DNA from: Ascoidea asiatica JCM 7603
Taxonomy: Eukaryota > Fungi > Ascomycota
Direction of reading: 5' to 3'
NCBI GenBank assembly: GCA_001600695.1
Contig: BCKQ01000002.1
Span: 41,275-105,274, forward strand
DNA: 64,000 nucleotides
Shown: positions 11,182 through 22,201 of the stretch, piece by piece
Position numbering within the stretch: position 1 is the first letter of the stretch
Layout of the letters: every line of letters starts with the position of its first letter
Translations under genes and position numbers: made by a program
Notes under the pieces: model-generated
What the model was told of the DNA's origin: nothing
The model's database searches: none
The model's input: only the letters and a program-made list of their open reading frames with translations

Positions 11182-14100
11182 TCATGTAATTCCAATATCT
11201 TCTGTAAATTCATCTTCCATGGTAAACATTTTCAATTCAATATGCTTGTGAAGATCACTATTTTCTTTAAAATTATTTAAATTCTTTTTATTTTCAATAT
11301 TTTCTTTTTTGTTTTGTTTAACAATATCTTCAATTATTAATTTTTGTTCATTTGATAATATTTCATTAATTACAGTCTTAAAAACTTCAGAATTCATTTT
11401 AATTAATTCTAAAATTTTTAAACTCAAATATTCTCTTAAAACTGATGATGAATCATCTGAAATCTTATTTCTTAAATAACAAAATAATGAAAGTATTATT
11501 ATATATATTGAAATAATTTCTTTTTTCTCAATGTTTTTTACTTTTATATCTTCTTCATTTATCACTATTTTATTATTAATACTCTTTGAAAGTAGTATAA
11601 ACATTTCTATAATAAGTCTTGGGTCTTCAACTTCCTTTTCAAGATTTGGCAGTAATAATATTTCAATTAATTTTGGGACTAAATTTTTCATAACCATTAT
11701 TGAACTACAATTCTCTTTTGAACTTGTTAAAATAAGACTTTTGATTGATTGTGTTGCTGCCCCGAGAGTATTATTGTTTAAAAGCCAACTTACTAACATT
11801 TCAACTACAATTTCAATATCTTTATCTGTTAAACTCACCATATCTCCACAAGTAGAAATAAAAACCATAATTGTTAAAAATGAATTTTTATCTCCCTTTT
11901 TAAAAGATTTTCGCAAGATACTATAAAAATTTCTTAATAATTCTATAATTCCATTTGATAAATTATCTGATCCAATTGAAGATTCACTAAGCTCATAAAT
12001 TATTGATTTTAAAGCAGGTAATACTGCTGGGATTAATTCATCTTTGAATGGATAATCATTAGAATAAATCAAAACAAAAACATAAAGAAAGCATGCTATA
12101 AGATCCATTTTTATAACTTTAGGAAAACTATCAATCATAACGCCCATTGAACTAAATGACTTCCTCAAAATCAATAATTTCTTTTCAGGTAATCTTTCCC
12201 CCCTTTTAAAACTTATTTTTGAAACAATATCTTCGCCTTGAGAAATAAAAGGAATAATATTTACAACCGATAACATTACAATTCTTAATAATTCAAAAAG
12301 TTTATCAATATCCGAGTTCAAATCCTCTGTTGATATCTTATCATTGAAATAATTTGAAAACAATCCTGTAACAATATCAATAAGAATAAGTTTTTCAGAA
12401 TCACTTTTAACCAACATAATTCTATCAAACAAATCAATTGTTTCTGAAAAAATAGAATCATGGAATATTACTCTCGAAGAAATTTTAGAATGTAATAATT
12501 TGTTCATAGCTATTAAAACTCGATTATGATCATCCAATTGATGTGATATTGACATAGGTTGTTTTGAAACAAAATAATTTGATGGTTTTATTAACAGCTC
12601 AATACACTGAGCATAGAGTAAGAAAAAAAAATTTCCAATATCATTTTTTAAAAGATCAAAAATAAAATCTTCTTTCTCTTCTATCATGCAACCTATAACC
12701 TCAACAAAGTTGATCCAACAAGACTCATATAGAAACAATTCGACTTTTTTATCTGAAACTTCCTCAAAATTACCTCCATATTTAAAACTAGCAAACTCTT
12801 TAAGAGAAACGATCCACATAGGAATTAATATATCATAGTATTCACTTATAATATCATGAAGCTGTTTTCCAGGAAAGTTGTTTGCCTTATAAGCTTGTTT
12901 GTCTGAATCTGCGTGTATTCTCACATTAGCAGAAATTTTCAACTCTGCCCAAGCATTTAAAATTGAAAGTTTGACCCTTCGTTTTCCTCTACTAGTTTCA
13001 ATATCAATATCACCTATTTTCATGCTTTTTGTTTCAGAAAATTCTTCCAAAGACTTTGTTAAAATACTTAAAATACGGTTCATTTTTGATAAATCAGTAT
13101 TAATATTAAAACCGATAAATTTAGCGCAAATTCCAATTGCTTCACTGGCTAAAATGGTAGTGCTATCTTCATTAAACGCTGGAGTTAAAGCTGATATTAT
13201 TTGGGCTTGCTGCTGTTCTAAAAGAGGAACTGTTGGATATAGTGGATCCATTGCACTTGAATAAATTGTAATTACATCTCCGAGTAAGTTAACTCCAATT
13301 ATTCTGAGTTCTATTACAGGGGAAGTCGAAGCACTGAATGATATTTTAACAAGATCAGAAATTTTCATACCTAAACCGTTGAATAACTCGCGATTCGATT
13401 TGGCAAATGATAATAAAAATCTAATCAATTCAAGAACAAAAGCCTTAAATCTCCAATCAACAGGATCGTAATCTGAAGCTCCATCTGATAGCTGCTCTAT
13501 AGGGTTGTTTGCACGGGTGACAGAGCTGCTTTGTCTTTGGTTTCGTGAAATTTCACTGGACTTTTTATTTTGCTCCTCGTCATTTGAAGAAATATCATCA
13601 TCCTCATCAATGGCATTGGCCATTGATTGCACTTCTTCATCCCTTATTTCCACCTTAATCTCCTTTTTCTCATATTTAGTTAGGACCATTTTATAACTAT
13701 TTTCTATCTCGAAAGTAAGTTTAGGTTTCTCGATCTTAAATAAATTGCTTAATAATAAAAACCAACTGACTCCTAAAGAAGAATCCATCCAAATTTTACA
13801 AAGTTCATAAAGCTTCACAAACATTCTCTTGCTATCAACACAAATCCATAGCAATCGTTTTGCTGTTGGAGACAAAACATCTTCAATAGGCCACGTTTTT
13901 ATTAGCTGTGAATAGCAATTTATAACTAATGAAAGGATTGAATAACTTGTTGTACAATAAAATAGTCTGCTGTTATCTTCGATAGTGTTAAAAATGGGAA
14001 TCGATTCTGATATAGTTAAAGATCCAATAGACATTAACTGAAGATTATTTCTCAAATGATATTCTATCAATCCTTTGAAAAAGCCAAAACTAACAATCTG

Positions 14101-17100
14101 ATTTGCTGCACTTGATAAGGGTTTCTCAAATATAAGTAAATTCTGAACAGCACAAATTAATTCTCTTTGAACTTTTAGATCATTATCAAAAAATAAGCAA
14201 CTAGTACAGAGATTTTTCAATATAACTCTACATTCCGTTGAAAGTTCTACTATACCAGGACCCAAACTTAATATTATGGATCTAAGCAATCTAGCAAAAA
14301 CCTGTCTGGAGTTCAAGTGCATACTCAAATTATGAGTGTATAGAAGAGAAGAGCTCTGATTATAAGAATCGTCAATATAAATTTGTTCCAACAAGCGTAG
14401 CAACCTTGTACAAAGACCGCCACTAAGCATCATGCTTGAATCGATAATAGTCACTAAGCAATCCAAAGACCAATAATGAACAACAGGATGAGGATCAATT
14501 ACTAACTTCAACAAAAGATCCGAGATCTGATTGAAATTCATTGAGTTATTTTTATAAACAGAAGATAACACCAATAGGCTAGAAATTCTTGAATATGGCT
14601 CGTTAACATCTATAATGTTTTTCAAAAAAATTTGAATTTGCTCTGTAATAATGTTATTATTGGTTAAAGATATCAAAATTCCTATGGAATCTGCTTTTAG
14701 TTGACAGATATAAGAATCCTTCATTTCAATCTTGTTCAATGTCTCTAGTAAAGTAATGAACGTTTGGTTATCAAGTTTACTATTATTTTTTTGCAAGAGC
14801 ATGAAAATCCCATGTAAAGTTATTAATGAATTGATATTAACAGCTTTGAAGCGAAGTTTACATGACTTTTTTGACATTATGTTGGATCTTAGTTGTTCAA
14901 GTAGTGATTGACGGATTTGAGTAGCTAAGAAGGGAAAAAATAAAATGAATACCTCAATGGAAATATCAACTAATTCTGTCTCTAAACCACTTGAAAACTT
15001 ATCGAAGTTTGAATATTGTTTTTCATAAATTTGCATATATGGATCATTGATAACATTAGAAGAAAAAGGACGATCAATTATGTCGTTTTCTAGTTCTTCT
15101 ATCCATGTAACAGGTGATAAATGACTTCTGATTTTGTTAGATTCTATCGAGTCTTGAGAAAGGGAAACAAAATCAATATCAAAATCATTGTCATTGAAAA
15201 TTGCTGTAGCTTCATTCTTGATTAAAGAATTCATAAATGACTTATTTTGAAGCTGATCTATATCTTCAATTGTAAGCTCATTATTATCAGTCGAAGCTTT
15301 GGAGTTTATTTCTTTGATAAAAAGTTCTCCGATTCTATTAGGATAGTATTTAGATGTTAATCCAAAATGTACACCATCGTTGACCAATAAAAGATCATTA
15401 TTTGTAAAATCATTTTGTATGTCATGGTCATTACCTGATACACTACTAAATTCAGAATTATTTCTACCAGTTGAGCCTTTAAGTGAGCTTGATCTTTTTA
15501 AAGAATTTGAATCTTTTGAACCACTATCATTATATAATTCAGGACTGGAAAAATTATTAAGAGCTGATATCAAAATATTGGAGTTTAAATCAGACTTAAT
15601 AAAGGGTAAAATTTTTAAGTAACATTGAAATATTCTAATCTTATTTAAAACTATTATTTTTCTGTTGTACGGTAAATCTATAAAAGAGGATATACTATTT
15701 GATCCAGATGCAGAAGAAGTACTATTCCTTTTTAAAGAATCTTTTACTTTTGCCAATGTAATTTCTAGAGAGTTAATATGGGATAAGGATTTTGTTAGTA
15801 AAAATTGAACTTGTTTAGAAATCTCAGGAGTAACAGATATTTTTTTCAAAAAATTCAATAGACATGTCAAACTCAAATTTCTAACTTGTAAATTTTGAAA
15901 AATCTCTTTGAAATACTCCAAGGTAAGATTGTTTCCAGCTGTGGAAACAAAATTATGGACCAAAATATTTTTCCAGAATATAAAAAATTGAGACAGGTTT
16001 ATTTTAATAAAATTCGAATCAAAATTCATTAGACCAACTAAAAGTAGCCAGCTCGAGATAGTTTTGTTATGATCGTTCAAAATTTGAGTTTCCGATTTTT
16101 GAACTTTTGAATCCTGATTCACTAAAGTAATAGAAACTCTTGAAATCGAGATTGATTTCAACTGTGTTGTAGCAAGTGTTAGAATTCTTGATATTATATC
16201 AGGAGAAGTATAATCTCTATTAATATACTTTACTAAGCAAGATAAACAAAAAGACAAACCCTGAATTTTATTAGAATTAATAAATAAAATGCTTTCATCT
16301 TTTTCAATAGAAGATTTAGAAGAAGAAGGACTTTTGATCAGTTTATTATTTACATGACTATTATAGCTAATATCCTTTTTAAACTCCTTTTGTAGTTCTT
16401 TGAAACAGTAAGCAAAAAAATCATTTTGAAAAGAAGGAAAAATATTAATAAATTGAACAGCTAATTGAGATGCATTGAAGGATATTTCTTTATTATTATC
16501 TATTATCAATTGCTGGATGATTTTATATAGATGTTGCTGCTGTTCAGAGGAAATTGCAGAAGACAAATCATTAACTAAAAAAGAAATAGTTTTAATCAAT
16601 AATAAAAGAGTTAATGGACTGGACAAATTATACGAGCTTGAATCGATTGAACTGATTTTTAAATTTGATTTTGGCAAATTAGATATTGATAATTTTTTCA
16701 AAGATAAGCAGTTATCAGATAAAATTTTTTTTAGAATAAGACCTTTATGAAATTCAGACAAATTCTTAAGAATGTAATCATTGAAAAAAAACTCAATTAT
16801 TTGAAAAAGTTTTGATACAATATTATTATTGTTTAAATTTTGATTATATGAGTTGATTATTACTTTATTATTCAATAAAAGCTTATCAATATAGAATAAT
16901 ATTATTAAAAAATTATTATAAATAAAGTTATTATTCTCAGCATTGCAGAGCGATAAAAAATGAATTAAAGATTTAAAAATTGAAAGCTTTAAAGTTAACA
17001 TTAAATTAAAATTTGTTTTATTGGAGACCAAGTATTGTGTTAAAGTATTTGAAGATAATATTGAGGAGGAGGTTACAGTAGATGAAGAGGATGAATATGA

Positions 17101-18687
17101 ATATGAGTGAGAATGGGAAATAGAAGAAGTAGGAGATAAGGGAGAAGTGGAAGAAGTTGAGGAAGAAGAATAATGTTTTGGACTGAATGATAGAGAAGGG
17201 TCCATTAAAAATAAGTTATTATTAAAATAATAATTTAAAATTTGAGATATATCAGAAATATTTTGTTTTTTAAAATTGATATATAATAATTCAGCAATCG
17301 ACTTACTTGTTGAATCTCTGATTTTAGAATGTATAGAAGTCAAGCCTAGAATAAAATAAGAATTATAACTATTTGTTAGATTTGACAAAAATATATTACT
17401 TGAAATCTGATGGGCTAAATTTGAGGGAGATAAATTAGGCAATGGTTTATCATTTTGATCCGTTTGAGAAAGAAAAATATTATTACTGTTGGAAAATGAA
17501 GCTGATGATATAGTAGAAGAAGATGTAGGTAAAGTTGAGGTTGAAGATGAGGAAGAGGAAGAAGTTGAAAAAGATGAAGACGATGGCAAACTTGAAATAT
17601 ATTTTTTATCATTTGCTATTAATAAAGTTAAAATGTTAAAAGAATAAGCAATTGATAATATTGGTAGATTATTAGGAGAATTTATAGAATTATTAATGAG
17701 GTTTGAGTCATGATAAATTAAACTTAATAGATTTGATTTGATTAATTTGGTTAATTTTGAGAAAACAGTATAATTATTATTAGATATATTTGAATTATTA
17801 GAAATTTTATTTTTTTTCGAATTTGAACTTTTATTATTTTTGTTTGAAACATCATTATTGGAGATGAATAAATTACTATGAATTGAATTTTGCAATATAA
17901 TTAATAGAAAAGATAAGTAATAATTCAAAATTGAGATTGAATTATATAAAATTGATTTTGGATTTTGCACAATTTTTTTGATTGATTTATTTAAATATAT
18001 TAATAAAATTGGTATAAAAGATATTAAATCTTTTGAACCGAAAGTATTAAATATATCAATTAAAATAATTAAAGGCACTTTTTTCAAGATTGAATTAATT
18101 GGATTTAATTTAAATTTCGAATATAATAATTTATAGGTTATTGAAGATTCCTCAGTTAATAGGTTTATAAATTTATTTGTTGTATCGAATAGAATTGGAC
18201 CATTTGATAAACTTGATAGTGATTTATTGTCTAAAACTAAAGGATTATTCAAAATTAATAAGCATAGATGATAATTTTTTGAAATTGAGATTATTAACTG
18301 GATTGATAGAACATTGTTATTAGTAGTATTATTTTGAAGACTATTATTAGTTTCAGTAGATGCAGTTTTTAATTTCGATGAATTATTGACTGATTCAGAA
18401 AAATTATCATTGTTAGTATTATTGTCACTATCATAAAATTTAAAATTATCCAAAGAACTAAAAAAATGATCAATTAATTTGTTTAATTGAAAAATGATAT
18501 GATGAGGATGTATTAAAAACTCATGATTAGAATCAGTTGCAAAAGCGACTTTTGAGTTAGTAAGATAAATATAAAGATTCACATTATAAGTAAATAAGAT
18601 GTGCTTAATTTGATCTTTAGTATATTTTTCTCGATTCAATAAAGGCAACAAATTCTCAAAATCAAAGGATTCTTTAGTAGGCTCCAT
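11182..18687 (-). CDS. LAA1: Laa1/HEATR5 AP-1 accessory HEAT-repeat protein
   Basis: 2501 aa; DPHPVVHYWSL, DLVKISFSAST, PLLEQQQAQIISALTPAF, LSILNAWAELKI and C-terminal IELKMF motifs typical of Laa1. Confidence 0.9.
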   Translation of the reverse strand: MEPTKESFDFENLLPLLNREKYTKDQIKHILFTYNVNLYIYLTNSKVAFATDSNHEFLIHPHHIIFQLNKLIDHFFSSLDNFKFYDSDNNTNNDNFSESVNNSSKLKTASTETNNSLQNNTTNNNVLSIQLIISISKNYHLCLLILNNPLVLDNKSLSSLSNGPILFDTTNKFINLLTEESSITYKLLYSKFKLNPINSILKKVPLIILIDIFNTFGSKDLISFIPILLIYLNKSIKKIVQNPKSILYNSISILNYYLSFLLIILQNSIHSNLFISNNDVSNKNNKSSNSKKNKISNNSNISNNNYTVFSKLTKLIKSNLLSLIYHDSNLINNSINSPNNLPILSIAYSFNILTLLIANDKKYISSLPSSSSFSTSSSSSSSTSTLPTSSSTISSASFSNSNNIFLSQTDQNDKPLPNLSPSNLAHQISSNIFLSNLTNSYNSYFILGLTSIHSKIRDSTSKSIAELLYINFKKQNISDISQILNYYFNNNLFLMDPSLSFSPKHYSSSSTSSTSPLSPTSSISHSHSYSYSSSSSTVTSSSILSSNTLTQYLVSNKTNFNLMLTLKLSIFKSLIHFLSLCNAENNNFIYNNFLIILFYIDKLLLNNKVIINSYNQNLNNNNIVSKLFQIIEFFFNDYILKNLSEFHKGLILKKILSDNCLSLKKLSISNLPKSNLKISSIDSSSYNLSSPLTLLLLIKTISFLVNDLSSAISSEQQQHLYKIIQQLIIDNNKEISFNASQLAVQFINIFPSFQNDFFAYCFKELQKEFKKDISYNSHVNNKLIKSPSSSKSSIEKDESILFINSNKIQGLSFCLSCLVKYINRDYTSPDIISRILTLATTQLKSISISRVSITLVNQDSKVQKSETQILNDHNKTISSWLLLVGLMNFDSNFIKINLSQFFIFWKNILVHNFVSTAGNNLTLEYFKEIFQNLQVRNLSLTCLLNFLKKISVTPEISKQVQFLLTKSLSHINSLEITLAKVKDSLKRNSTSSASGSNSISSFIDLPYNRKIIVLNKIRIFQCYLKILPFIKSDLNSNILISALNNFSSPELYNDSGSKDSNSLKRSSSLKGSTGRNNSEFSSVSGNDHDIQNDFTNNDLLLVNDGVHFGLTSKYYPNRIGELFIKEINSKASTDNNELTIEDIDQLQNKSFMNSLIKNEATAIFNDNDFDIDFVSLSQDSIESNKIRSHLSPVTWIEELENDIIDRPFSSNVINDPYMQIYEKQYSNFDKFSSGLETELVDISIEVFILFFPFLATQIRQSLLEQLRSNIMSKKSCKLRFKAVNINSLITLHGIFMLLQKNNSKLDNQTFITLLETLNKIEMKDSYICQLKADSIGILISLTNNNIITEQIQIFLKNIIDVNEPYSRISSLLVLSSVYKNNSMNFNQISDLLLKLVIDPHPVVHYWSLDCLVTIIDSSMMLSGGLCTRLLRLLEQIYIDDSYNQSSSLLYTHNLSMHLNSRQVFARLLRSIILSLGPGIVELSTECRVILKNLCTSCLFFDNDLKVQRELICAVQNLLIFEKPLSSAANQIVSFGFFKGLIEYHLRNNLQLMSIGSLTISESIPIFNTIEDNSRLFYCTTSYSILSLVINCYSQLIKTWPIEDVLSPTAKRLLWICVDSKRMFVKLYELCKIWMDSSLGVSWFLLLSNLFKIEKPKLTFEIENSYKMVLTKYEKKEIKVEIRDEEVQSMANAIDEDDDISSNDEEQNKKSSEISRNQRQSSSVTRANNPIEQLSDGASDYDPVDWRFKAFVLELIRFLLSFAKSNRELFNGLGMKISDLVKISFSASTSPVIELRIIGVNLLGDVITIYSSAMDPLYPTVPLLEQQQAQIISALTPAFNEDSTTILASEAIGICAKFIGFNINTDLSKMNRILSILTKSLEEFSETKSMKIGDIDIETSRGKRRVKLSILNAWAELKISANVRIHADSDKQAYKANNFPGKQLHDIISEYYDILIPMWIVSLKEFASFKYGGNFEEVSDKKVELFLYESCWINFVEVIGCMIEEKEDFIFDLLKNDIGNFFFLLYAQCIELLIKPSNYFVSKQPMSISHQLDDHNRVLIAMNKLLHSKISSRVIFHDSIFSETIDLFDRIMLVKSDSEKLILIDIVTGLFSNYFNDKISTEDLNSDIDKLFELLRIVMLSVVNIIPFISQGEDIVSKISFKRGERLPEKKLLILRKSFSSMGVMIDSFPKVIKMDLIACFLYVFVLIYSNDYPFKDELIPAVLPALKSIIYELSESSIGSDNLSNGIIELLRNFYSILRKSFKKGDKNSFLTIMVFISTCGDMVSLTDKDIEIVVEMLVSWLLNNNTLGAATQSIKSLILTSSKENCSSIMVMKNLVPKLIEILLLPNLEKEVEDPRLIIEMFILLSKSINNKIVINEEDIKVKNIEKKEIISIYIIILSLFCYLRNKISDDSSSVLREYLSLKILELIKMNSEVFKTVINEILSNEQKLIIEDIVKQNKKENIENKKNLNNFKENSDLHKHIELKMFTMEDEFTEDIGIT

Positions 18688-18974
18688 AATTTAAAGTCTA
18701 AAGTTATCAATATCAATAACTGAAATTTTTATTCTATTTTTGTTTAAAGACCAAATAAAACCTCAAAATAGAAAAAAAAAAAAAAAAAAAAAAAGAGATT
18801 ATATGACTTGATTGATTATATTCGAATTCAAAAACGCTCTAGTTATTATTTTTCTAAAAGTAACAAGCAATAATAAAGAAACAGATCAAATATTAAGATT
18901 TAATCGAAAAAAGATATTAATTTTGACAAGTCAAGAGAAAAAAATCATATTAAACTTGTTATGTAAGATAATAC

Positions 18975-19530
18975 GTATCCTGAGATACAGGGAGGGGGCC
19001 TAGTGCCTTCGGTTGGTTTATTCGTGTCAAGATTCAGGAGCGAGTCCCAATAGTAGAGTTGAAGCTCTTACTACCCAGACACCTGTTATAAGGATTCTAT
19101 CCGGATTACAGGCGTGCTCGTGAAGTCAATTCTCACCAGCCACACCGGAACTCAAGCTAGATCTATACCCTATTAAGTCAATAATTTCTACTCGGTTGAG
19201 TGAAATTATCGAACAGTGAACGGACAGAGGCATCGTATGGTTCGTATACAGTATTACAGTCACCTGATGAAGTGCGTACTATGAAGCGTGTAAAGCATGT
19301 GTCCCGCGGTCTCCAAAAAAACGTTGAGGAATGGATTTTTGTACGAAATAATTTTGGGAAGTGACTCTAGTGCCGCAGGAAGCTGTTATTTGCTGTATAT
19401 ACACTCCTTACTTGCATTGTTCTCTGATTACTTCATTCAGTAAATGATATGTAGCTCCTATTCGAACAGATATCCTGTTCTATTTTAATAGGGGCACTCG
19501 GGTATTGCAATATGTTCTGACTTTGTTGTG
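18975..19530. other. GC-rich, hairpin-rich intergenic segment (promoter island and/or unidentified ncRNA)
   Basis: At least four stem-loops (19051-19073, 19079-19115, 19181-19209, 19454-19495); no long ORF; no match to snRNA, RNase P/MRP or SRP motifs that I can recognise. Confidence 0.3.
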
Positions 19531-19859
19531 ACGTTTCTAAGATTATTCTTTTTTTTTTAGGTAAAGCTACATTTTCAAATTACTTTAATTCTGATCTTTT
19601 GGCTTTTTAATTTCAGATCCAGATATAAAACAAATCCATCATCTTCTATTCTTTTTGAAATGGTCTCCCTGATTATTGATTTTATTGTTCTGTTCTCTTA
19701 TGTTCTGTTCTTTATGGCCAATACTAAATAAATAAACAGAAGTAATAGAAATAGTAAAGTTGATCAATTTCAAGTTGATAGTGTTAATAATACTTACAGA
19801 ACTAATATCTTTTTTAACTTTCAAATCTTCAAAAGTATTATCATATTTAGTTTTCCAAA

Positions 19860-21677
19860 ATGAGTTTTTTACAGTTTCTTAATAGTAGCAATAATTTGAC
19901 TACATTCCATCGAAATTCAATTAAAAATACTATTTCTAACGTTGAATATAATCAAGATCAGAATGTTCATAGAAATGATGAAGATAATGAGATTTATTTA
20001 ATCAATCAAAAATATTCAACTTCGATAACTTATCAAGATGTTAAAGATAATTTTCATTTATTAAAATCAATACAAGCAAGCTTCAATCCTTCTTCAAATC
20101 CAAAGTATCTTCTTGCATCTAACAATACTAATATCAATAATAATAATAATGATAATCTACAATTAAATAATCTCATTGATTTATTTAATAATTTTTCGAG
20201 CAATGATAAGACCATTTATACTTCTTTAAATTTAAACTATATTCAATCAATTTTATTTTCTTTTATAAATTACACCTTTGATGAAAAAAGATCTTTTGAT
20301 TTTATTTTTTCAAATTTTAGAAAGGATAAATTCTTATTAATGGATTTTTTATCAATAGACAATTTTACCCAATTTTATGATATTTTTAATCCTTCTATAA
20401 ATGATCAACTAAATTCTAATGGTCAATTAAATTTTTATGATTTAGTATTCGAAAATTTAGATAATCAAAATTTGTATTTTCTTTATATTTTATTCAAAGA
20501 TAATTTATTCAAAAAGGTATTATTACAATATTCTTTTCTTAAGATTATACAATCAATTCAATTTAAAATAGACAATGGTAATGGCTTCAATGATGATAAT
20601 ACAGATGATGATCAGTATAATTTGATTTTAGATCAAACTCATTTAGTCAATTTAATCAATAATAATTACGAATTTGATAATATAAACTCCTTACAAACTC
20701 AATTGATAAATGAATTAATTCCTACATGTTTTATTGATTATTTAGTTTATCCCTTTAAGAATAATAAGTTTAATATACTACAATTAAATTATGTCTATAA
20801 TAATTTAATTCACTATATTGCATTTCCAGATGATTTGAACATTTCAAAAGATGTAAATCTTAGTGATAATTTTAATTTGATTTGGTTTGACAAACCATCT
20901 TTTTTGAAAATTAAAGAATTAATTTTTTTGAAAATTTTCAAAAAAATTGATAGTAATTTCAAATTTAACTTCGATCCAAGAATTTATTTTAAAGAATATG
21001 CATCGATTGATTCGGATTTACATTCAAAATCACAAATAAATTCTAATAATAATAGTTTAGGTAAATTAAATTACGCATTTTTTAATAATGACTATAGTAG
21101 AAAATTTGAATTTGAAGAATTTTTGAAAAACAATTTAGTCTATCATTCAATTAAAAATTTAAAAGATTTCCTAAATGTATTGATATTTTTTTATAATCTA
21201 GATATTAATAACTTTATCAATAAACAGAGTTTTTCAATTGAATTATTCAATTTAATTATAAAATTTTTTGACTTAAAATTAATAGATCATTATTCAAATC
21301 AAATTAACATCAAAAGAAAATTTTATGAAAATCATTTTCTAATAAATTTAAATAAAATTAAAAGGTATAAAGCATTTTTATTAAATTCGAATAAATCTTT
21401 ATGGTTCAATGAATATAAAGGAGAAATTTTGTATTTAGAAAGAATATTTGCAGTGAATTATAATAGCATCAAAATTAATGAAGAAATAATTAAAAATTTG
21501 AATAAATTTAATAAGTTTTTTAATAAAGAAGGTTCTGAATCCGAATCATCTCAAGAGCAAATGTTGAATAGATATGGGTGTAATGACGCTAGAACTATTA
21601 ATAAGATGGGATTAAATGATTATGATATTGTGTTAATCAATTTGTTTGAGTATTTTTCATATATTTGTGTCGTATAA
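19860..21677 (+). CDS. Hypothetical protein, Asn/Phe/Leu-rich, function unknown
   Basis: 605-aa ATG-initiated ORF in good context (caaaATG); a frame this long is not expected by chance at this AT content. No family recognised. Confidence 0.8.
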   Translation: MSFLQFLNSSNNLTTFHRNSIKNTISNVEYNQDQNVHRNDEDNEIYLINQKYSTSITYQDVKDNFHLLKSIQASFNPSSNPKYLLASNNTNINNNNNDNLQLNNLIDLFNNFSSNDKTIYTSLNLNYIQSILFSFINYTFDEKRSFDFIFSNFRKDKFLLMDFLSIDNFTQFYDIFNPSINDQLNSNGQLNFYDLVFENLDNQNLYFLYILFKDNLFKKVLLQYSFLKIIQSIQFKIDNGNGFNDDNTDDDQYNLILDQTHLVNLINNNYEFDNINSLQTQLINELIPTCFIDYLVYPFKNNKFNILQLNYVYNNLIHYIAFPDDLNISKDVNLSDNFNLIWFDKPSFLKIKELIFLKIFKKIDSNFKFNFDPRIYFKEYASIDSDLHSKSQINSNNNSLGKLNYAFFNNDYSRKFEFEEFLKNNLVYHSIKNLKDFLNVLIFFYNLDINNFINKQSFSIELFNLIIKFFDLKLIDHYSNQINIKRKFYENHFLINLNKIKRYKAFLLNSNKSLWFNEYKGEILYLERIFAVNYNSIKINEEIIKNLNKFNKFFNKEGSESESSQEQMLNRYGCNDARTINKMGLNDYDIVLINLFEYFSYICVV

Positions 21678-21885
21678 AAACTTTAATAAAAAATTTTGGA
21701 AATGAGATTATACTCAATTTTTAGTAAGTACTAAATAAACAGTAGTGTTTATACTGATTGATCAGTGACTAATATTTTGTCGTACTGAGAGAAGACAACA
21801 AAAAAATACGCCAAAAGTGCGACGGAAATTCCTTAATTCTGCTAGTGGAGGTATCCTCAAGCATAATTTATAATAATAAACAATA

Positions 21886-21893
21886 GTCACGTG
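21886..21893. promoter_or_regulatory. Cbf1-type E-box (GTCACGTG) upstream of PXMP4
   Basis: Read directly; other CACGTG copies at 44682-44687 and 55835-55840 also sit in promoter islands. Confidence 0.45.
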
Positions 21894-22201
21894 TATTGTT
21901 TACCCTTTTTTTAAGGCTGTTAAATCGATGGTGTGTGGCTGGTGTAGTGGAGTAATTGGCTCCGTTTTGCATGACTGAAGCAAAATATGCTTCTTAAATA
22001 CTGTGATCTGATTCAGCAACTTAGTTTTGAGTAACAGTTAATATCCAAATATTCTTATCCAAGTTTTCCATCGGTTTAATTATCAAAAAATGTTACAGAT
22101 AAGCATATCCATTAAAAGATGATTAAAAACAATAATGGATTCATAAGAAACTAAAAACAAATATTTCATCAATAATCTGAAATTTTTACCTTCTTCCTAC
22201 A

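Noticed and set aside
18971-19000. ATACGTATCCTGAGATACAGGGAGG resembles the U1 snRNA 5' end
   Set aside because: The invariant ACTTAC splice-site-pairing sequence and the GATCA.GAAG U1-70K loop are missing.
19258-19366. Hammerhead-ribozyme-like layout: AGTCAC-CTGATGA...GAAA...GTGACT
   Set aside because: Stem I could pair, but there is no UH cleavage triplet before it, no stem III, and an extra A after CUGAUGA.
21663-21677. C-terminal ICVV of the orphan as a CaaX motif
   Set aside because: The Cys is third from the end, not fourth.
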